Below are positions 9,156 through 18,246 of a DNA stretch of 32,000 bases, in pieces; within the stretch, counting starts at the first letter, position 1, and each line of letters opens with the position of its first letter. Made by a program: the position numbers and the translations under genes. This stretch comes from Pseudoalteromonas tetraodonis. Its GTDB lineage: Bacteria; Pseudomonadota; Gammaproteobacteria; Enterobacterales; Alteromonadaceae. The notes under the pieces were generated by a model. That model was not told where the DNA came from and did not search any database. It worked only from the letters and a program-made list of their open reading frames with translations. The stretch covers positions 3,120,001-3,152,000 of the forward strand of contig NZ_CP011041.1 of NCBI RefSeq assembly GCF_002310835.1, read 5' to 3'.

Positions 9156-9866
9156 ATGAAGTCATCTAACGCGCTATCTGCTTGTATCGACATTTTTATC
9201 AGCCCAAGCAAGGCTTTTAATGGGCTAAAAGAAGCTAAAGGCTGGTCTTGGCTTGCTTTTGCACTTCTCGCTCTAACCCTTGCAGCCTCTGCTTATACAT
9301 TTTATACCACTGCAGACTCACAATTTATTTTAGACCAGCAGGTTGCTGCAGCGAGTGTGGATGCCACAATCGGCGAGAAAAAAATGATCCGTCAAAGTAT
9401 GGAGCAAAGCCTCGATAACCAAGTGTGGTTTGCAATTGGCGGGGGTATTTTCGGCCTTCTTTTTATAAATGCACTCCTATCTGGGTATTACATGTTGATA
9501 TCTAAGCAAGACCCTGATGCTAATTATAGCTATGGTGCGTGGTATGGTTTTGGTGTTTGGAGCATGATGCCCATGGTTATTTCAAGTTTAGGTGTTGTTG
9601 CGCTAGTTCTTACAGCCAGTAACAATGAATTACCTATTAGTTTATTCAATTACGCGTCTATAAATCAGTTATTTCTGGGATTAGAGCTTGGAGATAGCTT
9701 CTATAATATGATGGAGAGTTTAAGTATTTTTAGTCTTTGGAGCATAGCTTTGGTTGCTATTGGGTTAAAGTGTTGGACTAATTTCAGCTTTAATAAAGCA
9801 CTTCTTTTTGCTGCGCTACCGACCATTATCATTTACAGCATCTGGACAATTATTATTGTTGCTTAA
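9156..9866 (+). CDS. Yip1-domain (YIP1 family) integral membrane protein
   Basis: 236-aa ORF. The N-terminal cytoplasmic motif IDIFISPSKAFNGLKEAKGWSW is typical of bacterial Yip1/DUF1282 proteins and is followed by about 5 TM helices. AAGGAA lies 5 nt upstream of the ATG. Confidence 0.7.
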   Translation: MKSSNALSACIDIFISPSKAFNGLKEAKGWSWLAFALLALTLAASAYTFYTTADSQFILDQQVAAASVDATIGEKKMIRQSMEQSLDNQVWFAIGGGIFGLLFINALLSGYYMLISKQDPDANYSYGAWYGFGVWSMMPMVISSLGVVALVLTASNNELPISLFNYASINQLFLGLELGDSFYNMMESLSIFSLWSIALVAIGLKCWTNFSFNKALLFAALPTIIIYSIWTIIIVA

Positions 9867-9872
9867 AGGAGT

Positions 9873-9894
9873 GTAGGCAAACTTTTCTGCCTAC
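9873..9894 (+). other. Intercistronic hairpin between the Yip1 and adaptor genes
   Basis: gtaggca (9873-9879) / tgcctac (9888-9894) with an 8-nt loop. No U-tract follows, so it is more likely an mRNA stability/processing element or weak attenuator than a full terminator. Confidence 0.3.
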
Positions 9895-9914
9895 TCATAA
9901 ATACGGAAATAAAA

Positions 9915-11081
9915 ATGAAAAAAGCGATTATCATTACCCTTGCAATTGCAGCTTTTATTGCTCTTATCGTATCAAAGCAAATTACTGGCGATGAAAAAGC
10001 ACCAGAGGTAAATGTTGCACAGGTTGAGCAAGGTAGTATTGCAGACTCCATTATGGCCTCTGGCAATTTAGTCTTTAATACTCAAGTGCAGTTACGTTCA
10101 GAGGTAACCGGACGAGTCGACAAGGTGTTTGTTGAAGAAGGGCAAAGTGTAAAACAAGGCGACATTTTAATGCGCTTAGATACCACTGCTTTTGAGTCAG
10201 AAGTAACACGTAATAAAGCGGTATTGCGAGCTAGCGAAATAGAAATAAAACATAGTAAAACACGCCTTTTGAACTTTGAACGTCAGCTTAAACGTCAAAA
10301 AGAGCTTTATGACGTAGGCCTAGCAGGGCAAGAAGTATACGAGAACTTACAAAATGCACGCGACCTTGCCAAAATAGATATTGAAGCCAGAGTAGAGTCT
10401 TATAATCAAGCCAAAGCCTCTCTTTCAATCGCTGAAGATAGACTTAGCAAAAGTGTATTTCGTGCTCCAATGAGTGGTTTGCTCGCCTCAGTAAATATTA
10501 AAGAAGGCGAAACCGTTATTGCCGGCACCACTAATATTATTGGCTCAGATTTAATGCTGGTTGCCGACCCAAGCGCTATTTTAGCTGAGCTCAGAGTTGA
10601 TGAAACTGATATTGCTGGCATTAAATTGGACCAGCATGCAGATATTTATGCTGCTGCGTACCCCAATCAACCCTTCACTGGCAAGGTCATTAACATTGGA
10701 ACCTCAGCAAAAAACCAAGCAGGTTCACAAGGTTTATCATTTCGAGTGAAAGTGTTACTTGATAATACCGATAGGCAACTATATGCAGGTATGAGCTGCC
10801 GTGCAGAAATCGCAACAAGCCTTGCTGTGAATGGCTTAAAGCTCCCTATCGAAGCCGTACAAAAAGAAGATGATAAAACGTTTGTATGGCGTTTAAACGA
10901 CGATAACACTGTAAGCAAAGCCTATGTAGAAGTAGGTATTTCTTCAGATATAGAGCAAGCAATTACCCAAGGTTTAAATAAAGGAGAGCGTATTGTTATT
11001 GGCCCTGCACGCCCAATCAGTAAGTTAAAAGAAAATGATACAGTAAAAGTTAAGCAATCTACCGCCAAGGATACACAATAA
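9915..11081 (+). CDS. Periplasmic adaptor (membrane fusion protein, HlyD/MacA-like) of a tripartite ABC pump
   Basis: 388-aa ORF. It has an N-terminal anchor helix, a lipoyl-like block (VTGRVDKVFVEEGQSVKQGDILMRLD), a coiled-coil hairpin, and FRAPMSGLLASVNIKEGE. Its TAA overlaps the next ATG (TAATG). Confidence 0.85.
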   Translation: MKKAIIITLAIAAFIALIVSKQITGDEKAPEVNVAQVEQGSIADSIMASGNLVFNTQVQLRSEVTGRVDKVFVEEGQSVKQGDILMRLDTTAFESEVTRNKAVLRASEIEIKHSKTRLLNFERQLKRQKELYDVGLAGQEVYENLQNARDLAKIDIEARVESYNQAKASLSIAEDRLSKSVFRAPMSGLLASVNIKEGETVIAGTTNIIGSDLMLVADPSAILAELRVDETDIAGIKLDQHADIYAAAYPNQPFTGKVINIGTSAKNQAGSQGLSFRVKVLLDNTDRQLYAGMSCRAEIATSLAVNGLKLPIEAVQKEDDKTFVWRLNDDNTVSKAYVEVGISSDIEQAITQGLNKGERIVIGPARPISKLKENDTVKVKQSTAKDTQ

Positions 11082-11788
11082 TGTCGGCGGTAATTAAGCT
11101 TGAGCATATTAACAAGCAATACAAAATGGGTGAGCAAATATTTAAAGCCCTTGATGATGTAAACGTGGTCATTAATGAAAACGAGTATGTCGCTATAATC
11201 GGTCCTTCAGGTTCAGGTAAGTCAACTTTAATGAACTTATTGGGTTGCTTAGATACTCCAACTACTGGGGATTACTTTTTAAAAGATAAACTTGTAAAAA
11301 GTATGACAGAAACCGAGCTCGCTCATCAGCGTAACGAAAGTGTTGGCTTTATTTTTCAGAGCTTTAACTTACTTCCGCGTGCGTCGGCACTTGAAAATGT
11401 GATGCAGCCTTTGGTTTATAGGTTTATACCCGCAAAACAACGTAAACAAAAAGCCCTCGATGCACTCAAACGTGTAGGACTCGGTGATAAAGTGGATCAT
11501 CTATCAAGCCAGTTGTCTGGTGGGCAACGCCAGCGTGTTGCCATTGCACGAGCGCTAGTGACTAAACCGCATATTTTACTCGGTGACGAACCAACCGGGA
11601 ATCTAGACAGCAAAACTACCACTGAAATTATGGCGCTATTTGATGAGCTACATAATGAAGGCCACACCATTATTTTGGTAACTCACGAACAAGAAATTGC
11701 AGATCATTGCCAGCGAGTTATTCGCTTAGTTGATGGCAAGGTAGTGAGTGATGTTCGTAAAGGCGAGGGAGACAAACAACATGTTTAA
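11081..11788 (+). CDS. ABC transporter ATP-binding protein (MacB/LolD-type NBD as a separate polypeptide)
   Basis: Walker A GPSGSGKST, signature LSGGQRQRVAIARAL, Walker B LLGDEPTGNLD, and an H-loop VTHE. Confidence 0.92.
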   Translation: MSAVIKLEHINKQYKMGEQIFKALDDVNVVINENEYVAIIGPSGSGKSTLMNLLGCLDTPTTGDYFLKDKLVKSMTETELAHQRNESVGFIFQSFNLLPRASALENVMQPLVYRFIPAKQRKQKALDALKRVGLGDKVDHLSSQLSGGQRQRVAIARALVTKPHILLGDEPTGNLDSKTTTEIMALFDELHNEGHTIILVTHEQEIADHCQRVIRLVDGKVVSDVRKGEGDKQHV

Positions 11789-13019
11789 ATCTGCTATTGC
11801 AATTATGGAAGGAACAAAAGCAGCACTAATGGCCATTAAAGCCAATGCCATGCGAAGCGCACTCACTTGTTTAGGGATTATAATTGGGGTTGCCGCGGTT
11901 ATTACAGTGGTAGCCGTTATGCAAGGCTTTACTAAGCAAATTAACGATCAACTCGCAGATATGGCACCTGATGTAACCACAATTAAACCCTTTACCAGCA
12001 TTGAACAAGAAATGGTGGGCAAAAATGCTAAACTCACTTACAACGATTTTTTAGTCTTAAAAGCCCGAGTAAAAGAGGCTGAAACACTCACTGCACTGAT
12101 GTTTACTTGGCGTTTTTCTGGTGGCGCTGAATATGGAAATAAAAGCCACTCATCACGAGTAATGGGTACAGAGCAAGATTACCAAAAAGCGTATAGAACC
12201 TTTCCAGAACTTGGGCGCTTTATTCGCGCAGAGGATGATGAAAAGCGCCGTCGAGTCGCTTTTATTGGTCCATCCATTATTGAAAAGCTAAACCTGCCAA
12301 AAAACCCTGTAGGCGAATATATTAAACTTGGCGGCGAGTGGTTTAGAATTATTGGCGTGGCTGAAAAACAAGGTAGTTTATTGGGGTTCGATCAAGACGA
12401 TTATATTAATATTCCCATCAGTACCATGAGCGCATTAGAGGGTCCAAGTAGCAGCAGCAATGTACAAATTATGTTTAGACTCAAAGAAGACAGTGATGAA
12501 GAATTGGTACTTGCTAAAATCACTCGCATTTTACGCCAATTACATAAACTAAAAGACAATCAAGAAAACGACTTTGAATTTGAAACAGCTGAAAAAGCAC
12601 GCGCTAACGTTGATAAATTTACAGGTAGCGCTACAGCAATTACCGCAGGGATTGTAGGTATCAGTCTTGTTGTTGGCGGTATTGGTGTAATGAACATTAT
12701 GCTTGTATCTGTCACCGAACGCACCCGTGTGATAGGCACATTAAAAGCACTGGGGGCGACTCCTGGTTTTATCATGCTGCAATTTTTAGTTGAAGCCGTG
12801 GTGCTGTCATTATTTGGAGGCTTAATTGGCTTAGTCATTGGCTATGGTGCTGCCGAGCTCATTTCGCTCTCTGTACCAAGCATGCCCGACGCTTATATAC
12901 CAGGCTGGGCTATTATGCTGTCGTTTGGTTTTACCTCTTTAATCGGTATTGTATTTGGTTTAGCTCCCGCAATAAAAGCAGCTAGGCTTAATCCCATTGA
13001 TGCCTTACGTTATGAATAA
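11781..13019 (+). CDS. ABC transporter permease, MacB_PCD + FtsX domain
   Basis: The ORF track starts at 11748. The ATG at 11781 (MFKSAIAIMEG..., 412 aa) has GAGGGA 10 nt upstream and an ATGTTTAA overlap with the NBD stop. The block VGGIGVMNIMLVSVTERTR is identical to the same block of E. coli MacB. There is a large periplasmic domain between TM1 and TM2. Confidence 0.88.
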   Translation: MFKSAIAIMEGTKAALMAIKANAMRSALTCLGIIIGVAAVITVVAVMQGFTKQINDQLADMAPDVTTIKPFTSIEQEMVGKNAKLTYNDFLVLKARVKEAETLTALMFTWRFSGGAEYGNKSHSSRVMGTEQDYQKAYRTFPELGRFIRAEDDEKRRRVAFIGPSIIEKLNLPKNPVGEYIKLGGEWFRIIGVAEKQGSLLGFDQDDYINIPISTMSALEGPSSSSNVQIMFRLKEDSDEELVLAKITRILRQLHKLKDNQENDFEFETAEKARANVDKFTGSATAITAGIVGISLVVGGIGVMNIMLVSVTERTRVIGTLKALGATPGFIMLQFLVEAVVLSLFGGLIGLVIGYGAAELISLSVPSMPDAYIPGWAIMLSFGFTSLIGIVFGLAPAIKAARLNPIDALRYE

Positions 13020-13052
13020 ACACTCAAAATAGCGACCTGTTTGCTTAAAATA

Positions 13053-13090
13053 GTATCCTAAAATAGCTGACTTTTACTGTTTTAGGATAC
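13053..13090 (+). terminator. Hairpin downstream of the ABC pump operon (possible terminator)
   Basis: 11-bp perfect inverted repeat gtatcctaaaa / ttttaggatac with a 16-nt loop. The stem is AT-rich and has no clear trailing U-tract. Confidence 0.35.
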
Positions 13091-13231
13091 CTAATAGGCT
13101 CTTATCTATTGGCTAAGCCTTGTAATATGATATAAATATTTTATGCGTAGCGCGGGTTTTATAAACCTTAGCAGATAAAGCCTTTGCTGCTATTTTAAAC
13201 CACACACTCTAAAAATAAGAAGCGAACAGCC

Positions 13232-13909
13232 ATGCAAAATCATAAAAGCCAACCATTAGCCGATTTTATAGAATACCCTCAAGAGGAAATGCTGACGCGT
13301 GCGAATGAGTTTTTACAAACGAGTCAACGCCGTCATAGTATTCGCAGCTTTAGTAACCGCCCAGTGCCAAAAGAAATCATCGAAACCTGTATAAAAGCGG
13401 CAGGTACAGCGCCTAGTGGCGCAAACCACCAGCCTTGGCATTTTGTAGCCATTAATAGTGCAGATGTTAAAAAACAAATACGAGAGGCCGCTGAAAAGCT
13501 AGAGCGCTCATTTTATGAAGGTCGCGCAGGCGAAGAATGGCTTGATGCATTAAAACCCTTAGGCACTGATGCTAACAAACCCTATTTAGAGCACGCGCCA
13601 TGGTTAATCGCGGTGTTTAGTCAAAAAAAGGGGGGTGTAAATACGGACGATAAAAACACCAATTACTATGTGCATGAATCGGTAGGCCTTGCCACTGGCT
13701 TTTTAATTCAAGCCTTGCACCGCGCAGGCCTTGCAACACTTACCCACACACCAAAACCGATGAGTTTTCTAACCGATATTTGTGGACGTGATAAAGACAA
13801 CGAACGCCCTTATATGTTACTTATTACTGGTTACCCAGATGAGCATGCAACAGTGCCGCTGCACGCCCTAGATAAAAAGTCGATTGATGAAATTGCGAGT
13901 TTTATTTAA
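13232..13909 (+). CDS. Nitroreductase-superfamily flavoprotein, iodotyrosine deiodinase (IYD)-like subfamily
   Basis: The 225-aa ORF aligns by eye along its whole length with the human IYD catalytic domain: [16 protein letters not shown]...I..AGTAPSGA...PW.FV......VK..IR, then LERSFY..., [28 protein letters not shown]...GL.T.T.TP, and L...GYP...ATVP. See findings for the substrate-lid triad. Confidence 0.8.
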   Translation: MQNHKSQPLADFIEYPQEEMLTRANEFLQTSQRRHSIRSFSNRPVPKEIIETCIKAAGTAPSGANHQPWHFVAINSADVKKQIREAAEKLERSFYEGRAGEEWLDALKPLGTDANKPYLEHAPWLIAVFSQKKGGVNTDDKNTNYYVHESVGLATGFLIQALHRAGLATLTHTPKPMSFLTDICGRDKDNERPYMLLITGYPDEHATVPLHALDKKSIDEIASFI

Positions 13910-14985
13910 TCGCTTTGACTTGGCATGTAATCAACAGCAAGTACATCACCCTCTTTTAGGCCTGCTATTACGTGTTGCTGGTTATTTATAATACTGCCTA
14001 AACGCACGAAACGTTTAACCAGCGTTTCGTTTTCAAGTACATACACCATATTGAGCTGACCAAACTCATGCACCCAACGTGGATCAATTAATACACCTTG
14101 GGTACTTTTTATTGGTAACTGTAGTTGAGCATAAAGGCCTGGCATTAAACCAAGTTGCGCATCGGCTTCTAAACGAATAAACAAGCTGCGCGCCGCGTTA
14201 TCTGCCACTGGTACAATTTCGCTCACCGTTGCGGGTGTTGTTATATCTAGAGAAGGTAATACCACATTTAAACTGTCCCCGACTCTTAATTTTACTGCTT
14301 GTTGTTCACGTACATTAAATTCAAGCTGTAACTGTAATGGGTTATACAAAGTAATCAGCGGTTTACCGGGTGTTGCAGTATCGCCAGGTTCAGTTAGGCG
14401 CTCAACGACCACGCCCGAAATAGGGGCAGTAATACGCGTATAATTAAGCGATACCTGAGCTTGCGTTTGCTGTTGCTTAGCAACCGCTAAATTAGCGGTT
14501 AAGTTTTCAAACTTTGCTTTGGCGTCATCTAATTCACTAACAGATACTAATCCTTGCGCATTTAAATCAATCATTCTGGCTAGTTGCTTTTTAGCTTGCG
14601 TTAACGACGCTTGCACCGCATTAATATTTGCGCTGCTTTGCGCTAACGCCGCTTTAAAATCATCTTGCTTGAGCATAATAAGTAAATCGCCCTTAGCGAC
14701 TTTATCGCCAGCACGTACTTTTAACTGCTCAACCTGCGCCATAACATGCGATGAAATTTGCGTATTTTGTTTTGCTATTACACTACCTGGTACCTGCTCA
14801 GTGCCTGCAATACTTTGCAGCGTTACCGTTACTCGCTCACCTTGATAGCTCGTTATTTGTGATTCTTTTAAGCCAGCAGCTTGCTTGTCAGAAAAGCTGC
14901 CTGCCATATAAAACACAGCCATAATAATGACAAATAACGCGGCAAATGTGCCTATAAGTTTTGATTTACCCTGCATGCGCTTCAT
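13906..14985 (-). CDS. RND efflux periplasmic adaptor subunit (HlyD_D23 family)
   Basis: The ORF has an anchor helix ([20 protein letters not shown]), a lipoyl-like block ([20 protein letters not shown]), a coiled coil, and [21 protein letters not shown]. The track start at 15000 is a TTG. ATGs occur at 14985 and 14976, and the latter has GAGGA 9 nt upstream. Either ATG overlaps the RND permease stop. Confidence 0.85.
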   Translation of the reverse strand: MKRMQGKSKLIGTFAALFVIIMAVFYMAGSFSDKQAAGLKESQITSYQGERVTVTLQSIAGTEQVPGSVIAKQNTQISSHVMAQVEQLKVRAGDKVAKGDLLIMLKQDDFKAALAQSSANINAVQASLTQAKKQLARMIDLNAQGLVSVSELDDAKAKFENLTANLAVAKQQQTQAQVSLNYTRITAPISGVVVERLTEPGDTATPGKPLITLYNPLQLQLEFNVREQQAVKLRVGDSLNVVLPSLDITTPATVSEIVPVADNAARSLFIRLEADAQLGLMPGLYAQLQLPIKSTQGVLIDPRWVHEFGQLNMVYVLENETLVKRFVRLGSIINNQQHVIAGLKEGDVLAVDYMPSQSD

Positions 14986-17900
14986 CCTCTGTGCTTGCAA
15001 ACACTAAATAATAAACAAGCGGTACTACAAATAATGAAAATAATGTAGACGCCACAATGCCAAAAATAATCGCAATCGCGAGCCCGCTAAATACCGGATC
15101 GAGTGTGATCACTAAGTTACCTAATAAAGTGGTACCTGCGGTTAGGAGCACAGGGCGCATTCGCACCGTACCCGCTGCAACAAGCGCCTCTTTAATTGCC
15201 ATGCCTTGGCCACGAGCTTGATTAATAAACTCAACCAAAATAAGTGAGTTACGCACCACGATACCTGCAAGGGCAATCATGCCTATCATCGCTGTGGCAG
15301 TAAATAATACCGGCTCTGGGGCACTTGCTATGGAGCGCTCACCAAACTGATTTAACAGCCAAAAACCTGGCATTATACCTATCACTGTTAACGGAATAGC
15401 CGACATGATAATCAGCGATAAACTCGCCGACTGTGTTTGTACCCGTAAAATTATAAATATGGCACTGAGCGCAAACGCAAAGGCAATGCCCATATCTCTA
15501 AATACATCAATGGTTATGCGCCATTCCCCCTCGCCGCTAAAGCTGACATGGGTTCCTTGTGGTAGTTGCCATGGGGCTGTTCCGCCATTATTAAAAAAGT
15601 GACGACCTACCCACGATGTTTTAACAAACTCATCGTTTGATACATTTAAATCAGCATTCACATCAGCAATCACTTCCGCTGGTGTGCGCCCATTAAGCTC
15701 AGCCATAACATAAATTACGTCACGCTGATCTTTACGAACAATCGTTTTAGCAACATGATGTTGTGTAAATTCACCGAGTTCTGAAAGCGATACTAACGGC
15801 CTTGGCGCACTGCTTAAACCAAACTCGTTACTGGTTTTAGCTAAATCTCTGTCGCCCCTAACCTGAAGTGCAAGTAATTGCGAAAGCTGATTTCGCTCGC
15901 TGTACGGTAGCTGTAATTTAATATCAACGGGCTCTGTTTCATTGCTCACATAAAGTACACCCACGTTTTCACCTTGAGAGGCAATACTGAGTGTTTGTGC
16001 AATATTTTGAGTTGAAACCGCACTGAGTGCGGCCTTGGTTTTATTGGTAACAAAACGTTGTAATGGCGAGGGTGCCACCATTGAGGTATCGACTTCAACT
16101 ACATGAGGCTCTTGTTGTAAACGCGCAGCTAACCGCAAGGCAGCTTGAGAATGTGTTTGCTCATCAACAAAAGCATCTCGGTAAACCTCAGCAACTAAGG
16201 TACTCAGTACCGGCGGCCCTGGTGGTACTTCAACCACTTTTATTACAATGCCATCGGTTGCTAGCATCGCGAGCTGTTCGCGAAGGCGCATAACTACTCC
16301 ATGCGATTGATGATCGCGCTCAGACTTATCCACTAACAATACCCTCAGCTCGGCGAGATTCGCTGCATCACGGCGATAATAACCGCGCACCATACCGTTA
16401 AAGTCCATACTTGAAGGTTGACCAACATAGGCCGCTATTTCACTTACTTCGTTTAATTGCCATGTGAGTGTTTGGATTTGTTTAGTAAATGCAGCTGTGC
16501 GCTCCAGATTAGTCCCCTCTGGCATATCTATCAGCACTTGCAGCTCATTTTTATTATCAAAAGGGAGTAGCTTTAAAGGCACCAAACGCATCACGGGTAA
16601 CATGGCACTAATGATAAATAATGCTAGGGTTAGCCACAAAACAAGTTTTGCTCGCCCCTTAGAAACCAATAATGGGCTTAATATTCTTTGATATGCACCA
16701 ACTTTAGGAGCAAGCTCGGAGGGTTGTTCGTTATCAGGCTTGAGTAACTTCATCGCAAGCCAAGGGGTTACAAAAAATGCAACAATGGTAGAAACCATCA
16801 CGCTAACCGGCACATTAAATGCCATAGGTGCCATGTACGGCCCCATCATGCCGGTAATAAACGCCAGTGGAATAAACGCCACCATAATAGTGAGTGTCGA
16901 CATAAGTAAGGCACTTCTAATTTCGCTCATTGCGCCAACAATCTGCTGTTTTTTATCGCCTTTTTTATTCAAAAAGCGGCTAATATTATCAATACCTGTG
17001 ATTGGGTCATCTACCAGTAAACCCAAAGATAAAATAAGCGCAAACAAGGTCACCCGGTTAATGGTATAGCCAAATGAAAAATCCAGAGCCAATGTAATGC
17101 CATAACAAATAGGCACAGCCAGCCCTACCACAACCGCCGGACGCCAACCTAAAAACACCCCCACAAATATCACCACAGTAAAGACCGCAAAGACTAAACT
17201 TGAAGTGAGGTTATTTACTTTTTCATCGGCAGTCTCGCCATAATCTCTTAATACCGCATAGCTCACCTCAGGGGGTAATAGCGTGCGTGTTAGCTGCGCC
17301 ATCATTTGATGAACATCGTTGGCAACTGCAACAGCGTTCGTGCCTGTTTGTTTTGCAACGCTTAGTGTTACCATTGGTAAATGCTGCTGGTTTACCGATT
17401 GAGCAAGCCATTGGTAATGCTTAGCTTCACTTGGGCCATCAATAACGTTTGCAACATCAAGCAAGTAAACACTTTTGCCATTAACAACATTCACTACCAG
17501 CTGTTCTACAGCAGATTGACTTCGTAGAACATCACCTGCTTGCAATTCAATTTGCTGCTGACCATCAACCACACTGCCTACTTGCGTTAGTTGATTAGAC
17601 ACGCTTAATGCATAAAAAACGTCATTTACGGTTGTTTGGTGGGCAGCCAATGCGCTGGCATTTAAATTAATGGTGAGGGTTCGTTTACGACCAGCAATGA
17701 CTTTTACTTCACTGGTGTGTTCAATACGCTGTAAACTGTTGGCTATTTCGTTAGCAAAGCGGGTTAACTCGTAATCACCATAAAGTTGTGGGTCTTTACT
17801 GTATAGCCCCAGCATAACAATAGGTACATCATCCACTTCAACGGGCCGTATTTGCCAACTTTTGATAACAGAAGCCATAGTATGTTGATAACTGTTAAGT

Positions 17901-18241
17901 TTTGCATAGGTATCTAAAATAGCTTGTTCGCGGTCATGGCCAACCTCAAAGCGAAGTGTAACCACTGCGGCATTCGTTTGTGTAGTGGAATAAATATGTT
18001 CCACACCGCCAAGTTGGGCAAGTAGCTTTTCAAGTGGCTGGGTAACCAATCTGGCTACCTCTGGAGCTTCTACGTTGGGCGCCGATACGTATATATCGAG
18101 CATAGGCACCACTATTTGTGGTTCTTCTTCTCGCGCTGTTTGTTGTAAAGCAAATAAGCCAAACAAAATCGACAACACAAAAATAATAACCGGAATACGG
18201 CCACTTAAGCTGCTTTTTACTGCGTTATCAATCATGCTCAT
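14966..18241 (-). CDS. RND (AcrB/AcrD/AcrF superfamily) efflux permease
   Basis: About 1091 aa with the 12-TM / two-large-loop architecture. The TM4 block is LGLLVDDPITGIDN (the DD proton-relay pair) and the TM10-11 block is GIVVRNSLILVEF. The track start at 18259 is a TTG inside the ArsR gene. The ATG at 18241 (MSMIDNAV...) lies 5 nt after the ArsR stop, with AAGGG upstream. Confidence 0.9.
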   Translation of the reverse strand: MSMIDNAVKSSLSGRIPVIIFVLSILFGLFALQQTAREEEPQIVVPMLDIYVSAPNVEAPEVARLVTQPLEKLLAQLGGVEHIYSTTQTNAAVVTLRFEVGHDREQAILDTYAKLNSYQHTMASVIKSWQIRPVEVDDVPIVMLGLYSKDPQLYGDYELTRFANEIANSLQRIEHTSEVKVIAGRKRTLTINLNASALAAHQTTVNDVFYALSVSNQLTQVGSVVDGQQQIELQAGDVLRSQSAVEQLVVNVVNGKSVYLLDVANVIDGPSEAKHYQWLAQSVNQQHLPMVTLSVAKQTGTNAVAVANDVHQMMAQLTRTLLPPEVSYAVLRDYGETADEKVNNLTSSLVFAVFTVVIFVGVFLGWRPAVVVGLAVPICYGITLALDFSFGYTINRVTLFALILSLGLLVDDPITGIDNISRFLNKKGDKKQQIVGAMSEIRSALLMSTLTIMVAFIPLAFITGMMGPYMAPMAFNVPVSVMVSTIVAFFVTPWLAMKLLKPDNEQPSELAPKVGAYQRILSPLLVSKGRAKLVLWLTLALFIISAMLPVMRLVPLKLLPFDNKNELQVLIDMPEGTNLERTAAFTKQIQTLTWQLNEVSEIAAYVGQPSSMDFNGMVRGYYRRDAANLAELRVLLVDKSERDHQSHGVVMRLREQLAMLATDGIVIKVVEVPPGPPVLSTLVAEVYRDAFVDEQTHSQAALRLAARLQQEPHVVEVDTSMVAPSPLQRFVTNKTKAALSAVSTQNIAQTLSIASQGENVGVLYVSNETEPVDIKLQLPYSERNQLSQLLALQVRGDRDLAKTSNEFGLSSAPRPLVSLSELGEFTQHHVAKTIVRKDQRDVIYVMAELNGRTPAEVIADVNADLNVSNDEFVKTSWVGRHFFNNGGTAPWQLPQGTHVSFSGEGEWRITIDVFRDMGIAFAFALSAIFIILRVQTQSASLSLIIMSAIPLTVIGIMPGFWLLNQFGERSIASAPEPVLFTATAMIGMIALAGIVVRNSLILVEFINQARGQGMAIKEALVAAGTVRMRPVLLTAGTTLLGNLVITLDPVFSGLAIAIIFGIVASTLFSLFVVPLVYYLVFASTEDEAHAG

Positions 18242-18246
18242 AACTT

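Noticed and set aside
9863-11137. Minus-strand ORFs of 67-83 aa within the adaptor gene (9863-10066, 10406-10621, 10667-10918, 10922-11137).
   Set aside because: They lie opposite a clearly homologous HlyD-family gene and have shadow-frame composition.
11748-11780. An 11-codon extension of the ABC permease (MMFVKARETNN).
   Set aside because: It lies inside the NBD gene's 3' end. The ATG at 11781 has a GAGGGA SD and the typical ATG/TAA coupling overlap.
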